Position numbers and translations under genes: made by a program. Shown piece after piece: positions 26,615 to 35,639 of a DNA stretch of 64,000 bases. How positions within the stretch are numbered: the first letter of the stretch is position 1; the number at the start of each line of letters is the position of its first letter. Origin of the DNA: Clostridia bacterium (GTDB lineage Bacteria; Bacillota; Clostridia; UBA1212; UBA1255); contig JAFZSK010000083.1 of assembly GCA_017620915.1 (NCBI GenBank), positions 8,726 through 72,725 on the forward strand. The letters run 5' to 3'. Under the pieces are notes generated by a model. It saw only the letters and a program-made list of their open reading frames with translations, made no database searches and was not told where the DNA came from.

Positions 26615-28975
26615 ATGAAAAGTTATAACACTAAAATTATTAAAAACGCATTTAAGCGTATGGTTGAAGAACACGGGCCGGAGGTGTTTGACGTTGCCGG
26701 CGAGCCGGAAACGCTTGTCGATTATCTTCCTGATGACGCCAAGTACAATGTGGTCAGGATGGCTTTTCGTATGGGCTGCTATCGCCGGCTGCAGGAATTA
26801 AAAAAACAATACGGCCGGTTCGAACTGGCACAGAATCCGCTGAATACCGAATTAAAGAGTTTCGGAATAACGATCGAAGCCGCTGAAACCGCTGCGGAAG
26901 TAACTGTGATGGCTGCGGAAGCGGCAGGTCTCACTGCAAAATCTGCCGGAGAAGAGCAGATCATGCAGGAAGCAGGTCGTTTCAGATTATCGGAAACCCC
27001 AAAAACTGTGTTTTTCGGCACATACCCTCAGAGTTCAACCGGAGAAAGAGCTCCGATAGAATGGAGAATAATCGGCCGGGAAGGCAATAAAGTATGGCTC
27101 ACAAGCGAATATGCGCTGGATTTCAAGCCTTTTACCACAGCCGTTACCAACAACTGGGCAGTGTGTACCCTCAGGCAATGGCTCAACGATGCATTTATCA
27201 ATAATGCATTCACGAATGAGCAGCAGAACCGGCTTTTAACGATTCAAGAATCGATCAAGAATTGGCGGGAAACCGAAGAAGACCCCGAATATCTAACATT
27301 GGAGTACAAAGTGAGTTTGCCCGGACTTAGCAACATAGATCAGCTGTTTACTACTGATAAGGACAGAATAGCGACTGTTACGGATTACGCCGAAGCGTTG
27401 GCCGATAAAAGCTATGAAAACATAGCGTTAAAAAATCAGATTGCCAAATGGTGGATCGCCAATAACGGCAACATCGAAGACAGTGCATACGTTGTATCTT
27501 TTAACGGTGAAATAGAAGAGTTTCTATGGGGAAATGAATATAGATTTGTACGTCCTTTGGTTTTGGTGGCCCTTGACAACGATGAGATAGAGGAACTGGA
27601 TAAAAAAACGCAGAAAGCAGAGCAAATGCGTAAGGAAGCTGAGCGACTGCGTAAAGAGGCAGCGTTATTGCGTGAACAAAGGGAAGCCGAAGCGAGAAAA
27701 GTATTTATTACAGTAGCCGGAAGAACCGTCACTTTCGGAATATGGAAGTATAAGGCGAATGGCGAAAAAGCAAACATTGAATGGCAGGTATTAAAAACAG
27801 ACGGCAATAAAGCGCTGATCGTAAGCAAACAGGGCCTTGACTGCATCAGGTTCAACCTCAAGAGAAATAAAAAAGTCGCATGGGAAGACAGTTCTTTGCG
27901 GGAATGGCTCAACGACACGTTCTACAACGAAGCGTTTACAGACGAGCAAAAGAAAAGGATCAAGAGTTCAACCGTCCGGTCAGACGGCAACGGGTCGAAG
28001 AAAGTGCCTGAAACAGAGACGACAGACAACGTGTTTGTTTTAAGCGTTTCCGAGGTGAAGGAGTTCTTTAATAAGCAGGAAGAACGGACGTATACTATGA
28101 CAGAATACGTTGAATCAATATTCGCTAAAACAAATAGCACAGAATTCAGATGCTGGCTGCGAACTCCCGGTAAAACCTCTTATTTTGTAGAGACCCTTTA
28201 TGTTGACGGACATATATTCGAAGCATATCAAACCGCTGAAGGAAGTGGTTGTGTAGCAGTGCGTCCGGCGATGTGGATCGAGCTCGACGCGGAAGAAATA
28301 GATAATATAAACCGCTCGATTCGGGAAAATGAAGAAAAAGAAGCAAGAGAAAAGGAAGAGCATGACCGTATGATAGCGGAAGCTAAATCGACCGTAAAAT
28401 TAACGGGCGACACTGTTATATTCGGTGCGTATCCCAAAGGACCGGATAACGTTGAAGCGCCGGTAGAATGGCAGATCCTGAAGCGGGACGGCAACAAAGC
28501 TCTGCTTCTGAGTAAGTTTGCTTTGTTTAAGAAAAAATATCAAAGTAAGGCCGGCGGCGTCACCTGGGATTGCTGCTCGTTGAGAACGTGGCTTAACGGT
28601 TCGTTCATTAAAAATTCGTTCAGCAAAGACGGACGAGCCCGGATCCTGGAAACAGAGGTCTTGCCGGATACTGACAGCAATCCGACAGTGGATGAGAGAA
28701 TAAATGCCGGAGAAAAAACAGTAGACAAGATTTTCCTGTTAAGCTTTTCGGAAGTATGCGAGTTTTTCCCTGAAATAGAAGCTCGCGGATGTTTAAATTT
28801 TAAAGGTAGAGATGTGGGTTGGCTGACAAGGACGCCGGGAGTTCGTCGCTATATTCAATTTGGCAAATTAGTAGAGTTAAAAGAATGCGTTCTGTATTCA
28901 AATGGGGTTGCCGTAGAAGCAAAAGATGAACATGAGATCCGTCCGGCAATGTGGATAACACTTGACGGGAACTGA
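26615..28975 (+). CDS. large protein with three tandem ~200-aa repeats of an uncharacterised domain (W…W…WLN motif) plus a coiled-coil segment
   Basis: The three repeat instances begin TVFFGTYPQ…PIEWRIIGREGNKVWL…LRQWLNDAFINNAFT, TVTFGIWKY…IEWQVLKTDGNKALIV…LREWLNDTFYNEAFT and VIFGAYPKG…VEWQILKRDGNKALLL…LRTWLNGSFIKNSFS. No signal peptide. Confidence 0.6.
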   Translation: MKSYNTKIIKNAFKRMVEEHGPEVFDVAGEPETLVDYLPDDAKYNVVRMAFRMGCYRRLQELKKQYGRFELAQNPLNTELKSFGITIEAAETAAEVTVMAAEAAGLTAKSAGEEQIMQEAGRFRLSETPKTVFFGTYPQSSTGERAPIEWRIIGREGNKVWLTSEYALDFKPFTTAVTNNWAVCTLRQWLNDAFINNAFTNEQQNRLLTIQESIKNWRETEEDPEYLTLEYKVSLPGLSNIDQLFTTDKDRIATVTDYAEALADKSYENIALKNQIAKWWIANNGNIEDSAYVVSFNGEIEEFLWGNEYRFVRPLVLVALDNDEIEELDKKTQKAEQMRKEAERLRKEAALLREQREAEARKVFITVAGRTVTFGIWKYKANGEKANIEWQVLKTDGNKALIVSKQGLDCIRFNLKRNKKVAWEDSSLREWLNDTFYNEAFTDEQKKRIKSSTVRSDGNGSKKVPETETTDNVFVLSVSEVKEFFNKQEERTYTMTEYVESIFAKTNSTEFRCWLRTPGKTSYFVETLYVDGHIFEAYQTAEGSGCVAVRPAMWIELDAEEIDNINRSIRENEEKEAREKEEHDRMIAEAKSTVKLTGDTVIFGAYPKGPDNVEAPVEWQILKRDGNKALLLSKFALFKKKYQSKAGGVTWDCCSLRTWLNGSFIKNSFSKDGRARILETEVLPDTDSNPTVDERINAGEKTVDKIFLLSFSEVCEFFPEIEARGCLNFKGRDVGWLTRTPGVRRYIQFGKLVELKECVLYSNGVAVEAKDEHEIRPAMWITLDGN

Positions 28976-28992
28976 CGCGAGGTAAACGCACA

Positions 28993-30681
28993 ATGTCCGA
29001 AGAATTGTTGAATTTGATCGATGAGCGCTTTGAGATAAGCGACGGCTGGCTTATGGAGTACAGGGGAAACGACAGAGTCTTAGTTGTACCCGAAGGTGTG
29101 ACAGCTATTTCCCGCAATGTCTTCGAATACGCATTTGAAATGGAAGCGATCTATCTCCCGCGCAGTATCCGCAGTATCAGCTGCCCGTTCGATCAGTACA
29201 ACATCAACTTCAAATACAGGCTCAGGGAAGTGCACGTTCCGGATATTGAGACCTGGCTGCGCATCGACTTTGACGATGCTTATTCAAACTTTCTCTCGTT
29301 ACGTCATGAGTGTGATTCCGAAAGCGAGTACATACAGCCGGAACTGTTCATCGGAGAGGCCCCGCTGGTCGACCTTGTCGTTCCCGAAAGCGTCAAAAGC
29401 GTAAAAAAATACTCGTTTTCGAATTGCGGGACGCTCCGTTCGCTGGTGATCGGGAACGGCGTTGAAGAGATCGGCAAAGGCGCGTTCTGCAATTGCGATA
29501 ATCTGGAGACCGTGATCCTGCCGGAAAAGAATTGCCGTCTGGCTCCGTATTTGTCCCTTTTTGACGGCATTTTTTGGGGCTGCGGGAAATTGACCACGGT
29601 GGAACTGCCGGAAGACTTAACCGAAATACCGGAAGACGCGTTCGCGGGATGCAGATCGCTGAGATCAATCAAACTGCCGGAAACGCTCAGATCTATCGGG
29701 CGCAGCGCGCTCCAGTGCGACGCGCTGGAGCGGCTGGAACTTCCCGACAGCCTGGAAAAGATCGGAACGGACGCGTTTGTTTTTGCCACCTGGGGGGTAT
29801 CGGCTGCTGATTACGAAAAATTGTTCAACGTGTACGACAACGCCCACTATCTGGGAAGTGCCCGCGATCCGTATATGGTGCTCGTGAAGGCCAAAAACAA
29901 GGAAATAACCGCATGCACCGTCGCGGCGGGGACAAAATTTATTATGTCGAATGCCTTTAGAGACTGTACTAAGTTGTGCGAGGTATCGATTCCGGATTCG
30001 GTGGCGTCCATTGGCGAGGATGCGTTTTGGGGCTGCAGCAGTTTTGACCAGCCCGTGCTGGACAACATCGGGATCGCCGTGAAGACCGCCGACAATACCG
30101 CGGGGGAAAAAGTATTTGTACTGACCGCGGAAAAGCAGTGGTGCTACCGGACATATGCCGATGCAGACGGCAATATCCGGGAAACGCTGGTGAGCAGTTT
30201 TGACCCCATGTCTGCCGCTAATAATGAATTGATCTGGGGCTTGGTGGCGCGCCTGCAGTCGAGTAATTGTGAAAACGGAACGCACGGGTACGTTCAGTTC
30301 GATCTGCGCGACTATGGCGGCCCGGATAAGTTCGGCCGGAAAAGCATTATCGAACTGTCGGCAATGCTGGAACCGCTGCCGGCGGGCGATGAGCTCCGGC
30401 GTTTCGTTAATGCGTTTTTCCCAAAAGAAGGCGAACTCGCAGCTGACAACGCTTCGGAGCTGGACAGAACTGTCTGCACGGAGATCATGGCGCGTTTTGA
30501 CGGTTATTCGGAGCCGGAACTGGATAAAGCGTCCATTCGCGCGCTGTTAGATAAGGACGTGCTTACGTACGAAGGAATACGGCTGTACAGAGAATTGCTG
30601 AAAAACAGCTGGCGCTGGCGGAAAGCCTCCGATGAAAAGGGAGGAGGGGCTGAAAGTGGACAAGAATTCTTTCCTTTTTGA
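28993..30681 (+). CDS. BspA-type leucine-rich repeat (LRR_5) protein, no signal peptide
   Basis: Repeated …I(P/G)xxAFxxCxxLxx(I/V)xLPxxLxxIG… units typical of Treponema/Bacteroides BspA-like LRRs. Confidence 0.7.
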   Translation: MSEELLNLIDERFEISDGWLMEYRGNDRVLVVPEGVTAISRNVFEYAFEMEAIYLPRSIRSISCPFDQYNINFKYRLREVHVPDIETWLRIDFDDAYSNFLSLRHECDSESEYIQPELFIGEAPLVDLVVPESVKSVKKYSFSNCGTLRSLVIGNGVEEIGKGAFCNCDNLETVILPEKNCRLAPYLSLFDGIFWGCGKLTTVELPEDLTEIPEDAFAGCRSLRSIKLPETLRSIGRSALQCDALERLELPDSLEKIGTDAFVFATWGVSAADYEKLFNVYDNAHYLGSARDPYMVLVKAKNKEITACTVAAGTKFIMSNAFRDCTKLCEVSIPDSVASIGEDAFWGCSSFDQPVLDNIGIAVKTADNTAGEKVFVLTAEKQWCYRTYADADGNIRETLVSSFDPMSAANNELIWGLVARLQSSNCENGTHGYVQFDLRDYGGPDKFGRKSIIELSAMLEPLPAGDELRRFVNAFFPKEGELAADNASELDRTVCTEIMARFDGYSEPELDKASIRALLDKDVLTYEGIRLYRELLKNSWRWRKASDEKGGGAESGQEFFPF

Positions 30682-31168
30682 GATCGTTGACGGCGGGGAT
30701 TTCGGCAGCCTCGTTACTTACTTTTACATTTCAGAAGAAAAAGTGATCAGCTGCTTTCAACGGGACGCTTTTCAGTTCGGCGAATGTAGCGAGGAACTTC
30801 AGATCTGCCGGATTGGCCGAAAACCGGCGCTGTTTGACCGCTGCATCGAATGGCTGCGGAATTATTTGTCCGACGAGGCCCATCTGGTCGAACTCGCGGA
30901 GGGCGAACCATATTCCGCAGCGGTCATTTACTCGTTCTGCGTTGACGATGAAGATATTGAAAACACCATAACGGACAGAGCGGCCATGCGCCTGCCTTTT
31001 CCGCGGCCCAAGCAAAACACGTTTGCGGCCGGCGATATTCCGCTGATCCTGGCATACTTATTGCCCGAAGAACAGCGGCCGTGGCCATTGTCCGACTATT
31101 TGAGCGAACAGGGTATTGCCCCCGTCGAAGTTCCGGAGCGGACGAAGGCGCTGCTGGACCGCGCGTAA
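30656..31168 (+). CDS. hypothetical protein, short paralog of 32179-33336
   Basis: GTG 30656 follows RBS GGGAGGAGGGG; the track start at 30632 would overlap the LRR gene by 50 nt. Shares FLFEI…YFYIS…RYDEKPxLFDRCxEWLxNYLSDxAxL…GDxPLxLAYLLP…AxGxVPERTxALLDRA with the 385-aa ORF. Confidence 0.55.
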   Translation: MDKNSFLFEIVDGGDFGSLVTYFYISEEKVISCFQRDAFQFGECSEELQICRIGRKPALFDRCIEWLRNYLSDEAHLVELAEGEPYSAAVIYSFCVDDEDIENTITDRAAMRLPFPRPKQNTFAAGDIPLILAYLLPEEQRPWPLSDYLSEQGIAPVEVPERTKALLDRA

Positions 31169-31186
31169 ACTGTGCCAGGCACGGTG

Positions 31187-32014
31187 TCAATCTTCTTCGA
31201 AATATGACGCGATCAGGAATCCGCGCGCTTTGCTGTCAATATTGGTTCCGTCGGCGAAATTGACGGTGCCGGCCAATTTTGCTTTCTTGATCAGTTTGAA
31301 AGTGATCTCGGCGCTGTCTCCGGTTTTCTTAAAACCGTCTATCGTGCAAAGCATACATTCCAAGTACGGATCTTCTTCTTCTTCGTCCGGGTCCGCGTCA
31401 AAGTTGTAGATCAGAAGTTCGATTCCGGTATTCAGCAGCTGTTCAGTCGTTCTCATCCAGAAAATGTTGCTGAATTTGCGGGGATAGATCCCGTGCTCGG
31501 ACAGGTTATCGTACAACTCTCTCCAGGTTGCGGTGATAGCGGGCAGCGCCGGGCAAAAATCTATGCGGCCCATTTCTTTCCAGTTGCTTATCTTTGTACT
31601 GTTTTTGCTGAAGTCCCAGAAGAGGATCTTTGACAGACAGGTCTTTGTATCCGGCACGTCATAGTTATAAACTATGAAAGTTGCTATGCTGCCCATCGAA
31701 ATTGCGATCCGGTCACTGCACATCTTGAACATCATATTGTTATAAAGGATGTAATCATTGACGGCGGCGGCGCCGGGAGCAACGTACAGCGCGGCACGCA
31801 GAGCACACGGGAACGAATTTTCGCCGTCCTCATCCAACCATTTGTTTAGAGCGGCATCTTCAATGTCGCATCTTCCGTCTGAAGGATTGCGTTTGATCTC
31901 GAGTATGTCGCCGAATTCGTCAACATACTCGCTTGACATTTCTGCCGCGTCGGGGATCCCGAGGTGTATTACGTCAATTTCTTTGCCCGTTTTAACTACT
32001 GTTGCCTTTCTCAT
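31187..32014 (-). CDS. hypothetical protein
   Basis: 275-aa ORF on the opposite strand, between the two paralogs. RBS AAGGAG precedes the ATG. No recognisable family. Confidence 0.5.
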   Translation of the reverse strand: MRKATVVKTGKEIDVIHLGIPDAAEMSSEYVDEFGDILEIKRNPSDGRCDIEDAALNKWLDEDGENSFPCALRAALYVAPGAAAVNDYILYNNMMFKMCSDRIAISMGSIATFIVYNYDVPDTKTCLSKILFWDFSKNSTKISNWKEMGRIDFCPALPAITATWRELYDNLSEHGIYPRKFSNIFWMRTTEQLLNTGIELLIYNFDADPDEEEEDPYLECMLCTIDGFKKTGDSAEITFKLIKKAKLAGTVNFADGTNIDSKARGFLIASYFEED

Positions 32015-32178
32015 ACCGTACCGACTCCTTATAAATGTGTTATAGGAACAGTCAAATTCCGTCTGTAATTATATGTTAAAAACCCGCGGTTTTTCAAGAA
32101 AATTTTGCAAATTTCGATTTGACTATTGACTGTATTGCTGTAATTATGGGATAATTTCAGCAAGAGGAGATACCACGG

Positions 32179-33336
32179 ATGGATAAGAGAAATCTACTTT
32201 TTGAGATAGAAGACGAACAGAAATATTCGGGCAATCATACGTATTTCTACATTTCCGGCGAAAAGGCGATCAGCTATTCCACGGACTGGGATCTGTGCGG
32301 GCAATGGGAAGCGCTCGAGATCTGCCGGTACGATGAAAAACCGCCGCTGTTTGACCGCTGCGAGGAATGGCTGCTGAATTATTTGTCCGACGACGCGAAC
32401 CTGATCGAACGCGACGACAGCGAACGGATCTCCGCCGGGATCCTTATGGCGATATGCGTTGACGATGACGACCTCGAAGATGTCATTATGGACAGCGAGG
32501 TCATGCACCGGCGATATTTATCGCTGTTTGACGACTGCCAAAACACTTTCGCGACCGGCGATGTCCCGCTGGTCCTGGCGTATTTATTGCCCGGGAAACA
32601 GTGGCCCGAACCGGTGCGCCAGTATCTGCGCGCGCAGGGTATTGACGCCGGCGAAGTTCCGGAGCGTACGCGGGCCCTGCTGGATCGCGCGCAACCCAAC
32701 CCCTCCGTTACGCCGTGCGGGAAGCTGTGCTTCGGTGCGTATCCGGCGGCGCGGGCGGAGGACAATGCACTTTCGCGCAACCCCGATGATTCCGACAGCA
32801 TCGTCAACGGGTTTAAGTCCGCACCGGTGTCGTGGACGGCATTCCCGAACGGGGACGAAGTGGATCTGATCTCCGACTGCATCATCGATATGATGCCGTT
32901 TCCGGACGGACAAGAGCCCGACAGTTATATTAGTGACGTTTACCTGAACCGGAGCGTGCAGAGCCGGCTCTTCAGCGAAGCCGAGAAACAGCTGCTGATC
33001 TCCGCTTCCGACATCGTGCTCGAGCAGCCGCCGAACTATTTCGACAGCGAAGGCAACGTTATCGAGGAACTGTTTTCGCCGGAAGTCTTAAAGGGGTATC
33101 TGACGCAGCCGTCCCGGTCGAATGTTAAGTATTATTTGCGGCAACGATCCATGGTGCCCCCCGTTGCCACCGATTTCGCCGTCGCGGCGGGCACAACGCT
33201 GAAAAACGATCGAATCGCGACAATTTCCGATGCTTTTGTTCTGCCTGCCGATGTGCCGATGTGCGGCATCCGCCCTATGATCCGCATGTCTTCGTCAACA
33301 TTTGCTGAGCTTTCCCGCGCCGGCCATCATCGTTAA
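32179..33336 (+). CDS. hypothetical protein, long paralog (N-terminal ~170 aa homologous to 30656-31168 plus ~210-aa C-terminal extension)
   Basis: Conserved N-terminal block as listed for the short paralog. RBS AAGAGGAG precedes the ATG. Confidence 0.6.
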   Translation: MDKRNLLFEIEDEQKYSGNHTYFYISGEKAISYSTDWDLCGQWEALEICRYDEKPPLFDRCEEWLLNYLSDDANLIERDDSERISAGILMAICVDDDDLEDVIMDSEVMHRRYLSLFDDCQNTFATGDVPLVLAYLLPGKQWPEPVRQYLRAQGIDAGEVPERTRALLDRAQPNPSVTPCGKLCFGAYPAARAEDNALSRNPDDSDSIVNGFKSAPVSWTAFPNGDEVDLISDCIIDMMPFPDGQEPDSYISDVYLNRSVQSRLFSEAEKQLLISASDIVLEQPPNYFDSEGNVIEELFSPEVLKGYLTQPSRSNVKYYLRQRSMVPPVATDFAVAAGTTLKNDRIATISDAFVLPADVPMCGIRPMIRMSSSTFAELSRAGHHR

Positions 33337-33355
33337 TAGGGAGAATCAATATAAA

Positions 33356-34102
33356 ATGGAACAATTAAAATACGAAATTCTAGATAATCTGAATGATTAC
33401 ACGGGTAAAAAAACTACGTATGATTCAATTTTGTGTGATCATCCGTTATTTCACGGAACGACTCTATTTGCGATTGAAGCAAGTGCGGAAGTGGTTTCTG
33501 CTTTCTGCAATCACTGTAAAATCGTTCTTAGGAAAGCAAAGAAATACACCCTTTCTTTAAACAATAGAGAAGCATTTTATGAATCAGCTGAACACTACTG
33601 TCAGAAAAGCAAAATTGCTCCATTCTGGCATTTTATCGAACGTTTTGAAGAGTTGGAAGATTATGGATATCAATACGGTGATTTCTATGTCACAACAAAC
33701 TATCTGCTCGCTCTTGAATACAGTAAGAATGCAGGTGGCGAATTGGGTAACCTTGCTCATAATGCTGAGCTCTTGCTAGAAGACCTTGGGATTGATTTAG
33801 ACCTGCAGGAATCAATATCAGTTTTGAAAAAAAACTACCCTCTTTTTTCAGAAAGCGAGCGGGTCATTCTTATTGCAGACAAGATTCCCTTCGACGATCT
33901 CAAATACGAAAGGGGCTACACTCTCAACAAAGATTATATTGATTATTTATATGAGACGGATTTTAACACGAATCTTTCTTTCCGGTTGTTACATCCGGAA
34001 AAATATCAGCTTAAACTGATACGCAAGCCTCTGTTCAAGGAGGGGATCAGTTGTTTTACAGATATAAAAGATGTGGATAGTTTCTTGAGGACAAGTACAT
34101 AA
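33356..34102 (+). CDS. hypothetical protein (first gene of AT-rich island)
   Basis: GC content drops sharply at ~33340. 248-aa ORF starting MEQLKYEIL (the track start at 33302 overlaps the upstream gene). No family recognised. Confidence 0.5.
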   Translation: MEQLKYEILDNLNDYTGKKTTYDSILCDHPLFHGTTLFAIEASAEVVSAFCNHCKIVLRKAKKYTLSLNNREAFYESAEHYCQKSKIAPFWHFIERFEELEDYGYQYGDFYVTTNYLLALEYSKNAGGELGNLAHNAELLLEDLGIDLDLQESISVLKKNYPLFSESERVILIADKIPFDDLKYERGYTLNKDYIDYLYETDFNTNLSFRLLHPEKYQLKLIRKPLFKEGISCFTDIKDVDSFLRTST

Positions 34103-34160
34103 TACATGGTCGATTAAAGAATAAACATATAAAGAATGTTATTAGAAGGGAAAAGAGTAT

Positions 34161-35534
34161 ATGAGTTTGATTAATAAAATAAAGAATATAGAAAATCCTC
34201 CGCTAAGCAATACTTTGGGTAACTATGGTTCGGGCTCACACAATACGATAGACGAGTTTTTCGATTATTATATAAAACCCAAATTACCCCAGCCTTGTGT
34301 TGTTAGAAAGTGGCATACGCTTTTAATGGACTACACCGATGAAGCCAATTTTAACACATTGAGTTGCTGTTTAAGATATGGTAATAATGGTAGTGCCAAA
34401 CCATCCGTGCACGGGGAAAGTGGTTATTACAAATTAAGACGCGGGTGGTTAACTAAAAATGTAGAGGATGAATTTGAATTTTTTTATGCTGATAACTTTT
34501 TCTCGAGCTTTATTTATAAAATGGCGTTAGATGGTTATTGTCCAAGCATCAAAGAATTCAGAGACGCTTTTTTAACACATTCATTCCCATATGGCTTTGG
34601 TTTCATGGTTGACAAAAAAGTAAATGAATTCAAGGGCGTTGTCGTTGCGACTGCTTCTGAACCCGGGTTTTTAGGGGAATATAAACTATCTCATATTTTT
34701 GATGCCGGAAACAATTTTGAAGTAAACGGAGATGTTTATAGTGGTAAATACGCAGATCAACAATTATCTTTGAAGTATTATGATATTGGCCATTCTAATG
34801 ATTTTTTAAGTAATCCGAACAAAGTTAGAAAAATGACAATATCAAATGATGCAAAAAAAGTAATTGTTGCAAAGTTTTTGAGATTCGCGCATCCGTTTAA
34901 TTATTTTTTGACGCCTTCAAAGAAAAAACACAGTTGTGCTGTTAAGGTTTATAAGAATGATATTGGCGAAGATCCGAGAATGATTAGTTATGTTAAAGCA
35001 TATCTTAAAAAAACTTACCCGACGGAGTACCGTGAGTTTTTAGACAGAATAATGTGGTATCAAGATCCAAACGAACCAAAACCAAATGGATCAGTTTATA
35101 TTGGTATTCATTATGACATCAATAATGTGAACAGAACAGTCACAACTATAAAGAATAAATCGACTGGCAAAAAAGGAAAAGGTCATTCAAACTCGAACAA
35201 TCCAGTCAATTCAAAATCATCAGCGGCAGTTCAAACAAACGGCACATGCAAAATCGGCGAACTGGCCAGGACGGTTTTAAGAGCGATTCTTGAATCCGGA
35301 AAAGCATCAAAAGCAGAAATTAAAGATATGTTGACATTTAATTACAGCAAGGTTACATTTGGTCTGCAGTATCCGCTATTAGTGAAAAGCGGAAGTACAT
35401 TTGATGCCAAACGGTATTATGTAAAGCCTCTTACTATTTACAACAAGGACTATTATCTCTGCTCGCAATGGTTTGAAACCAAGGCAAATAATGACCGGCC
35501 TTTATTGGAGAAATGGATAAAAAATCACCCATAA
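34161..35534 (+). CDS. hypothetical protein (AT-rich island, 457 aa)
   Basis: RBS GAAGGGA precedes the ATG. Lys/Asn/Tyr-rich composition typical of low-GC foreign DNA. No family recognised. Confidence 0.55.
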   Translation: MSLINKIKNIENPPLSNTLGNYGSGSHNTIDEFFDYYIKPKLPQPCVVRKWHTLLMDYTDEANFNTLSCCLRYGNNGSAKPSVHGESGYYKLRRGWLTKNVEDEFEFFYADNFFSSFIYKMALDGYCPSIKEFRDAFLTHSFPYGFGFMVDKKVNEFKGVVVATASEPGFLGEYKLSHIFDAGNNFEVNGDVYSGKYADQQLSLKYYDIGHSNDFLSNPNKVRKMTISNDAKKVIVAKFLRFAHPFNYFLTPSKKKHSCAVKVYKNDIGEDPRMISYVKAYLKKTYPTEYREFLDRIMWYQDPNEPKPNGSVYIGIHYDINNVNRTVTTIKNKSTGKKGKGHSNSNNPVNSKSSAAVQTNGTCKIGELARTVLRAILESGKASKAEIKDMLTFNYSKVTFGLQYPLLVKSGSTFDAKRYYVKPLTIYNKDYYLCSQWFETKANNDRPLLEKWIKNHP

Positions 35535-35563
35535 GGCTGATTTAATAAGACAATGAATTGATA

Positions 35564-35596
35564 CAAGAGCGAGAGTGTTGTGGCTCTCGCTCTTGC
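35564..35596. terminator. bidirectional intrinsic terminator hairpin between convergent genes
   Basis: Perfect 12-bp stem caagagcgagag / ctctcgctcttg with loop tgttgtgg. The flanking sequence is A/T-rich. Confidence 0.65.
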
Positions 35597-35639
35597 GTAT
35601 TTATATGATTATACAGATAATAACAAATGGATGAATCAA

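Noticed and set aside
33302-33356. Track starts at 33302 and 30632 that overlap the upstream genes by 35-50 nt
   Set aside because: Internal starts at ATG 33356 and GTG 30656 have better RBS placement and remove the overlaps.
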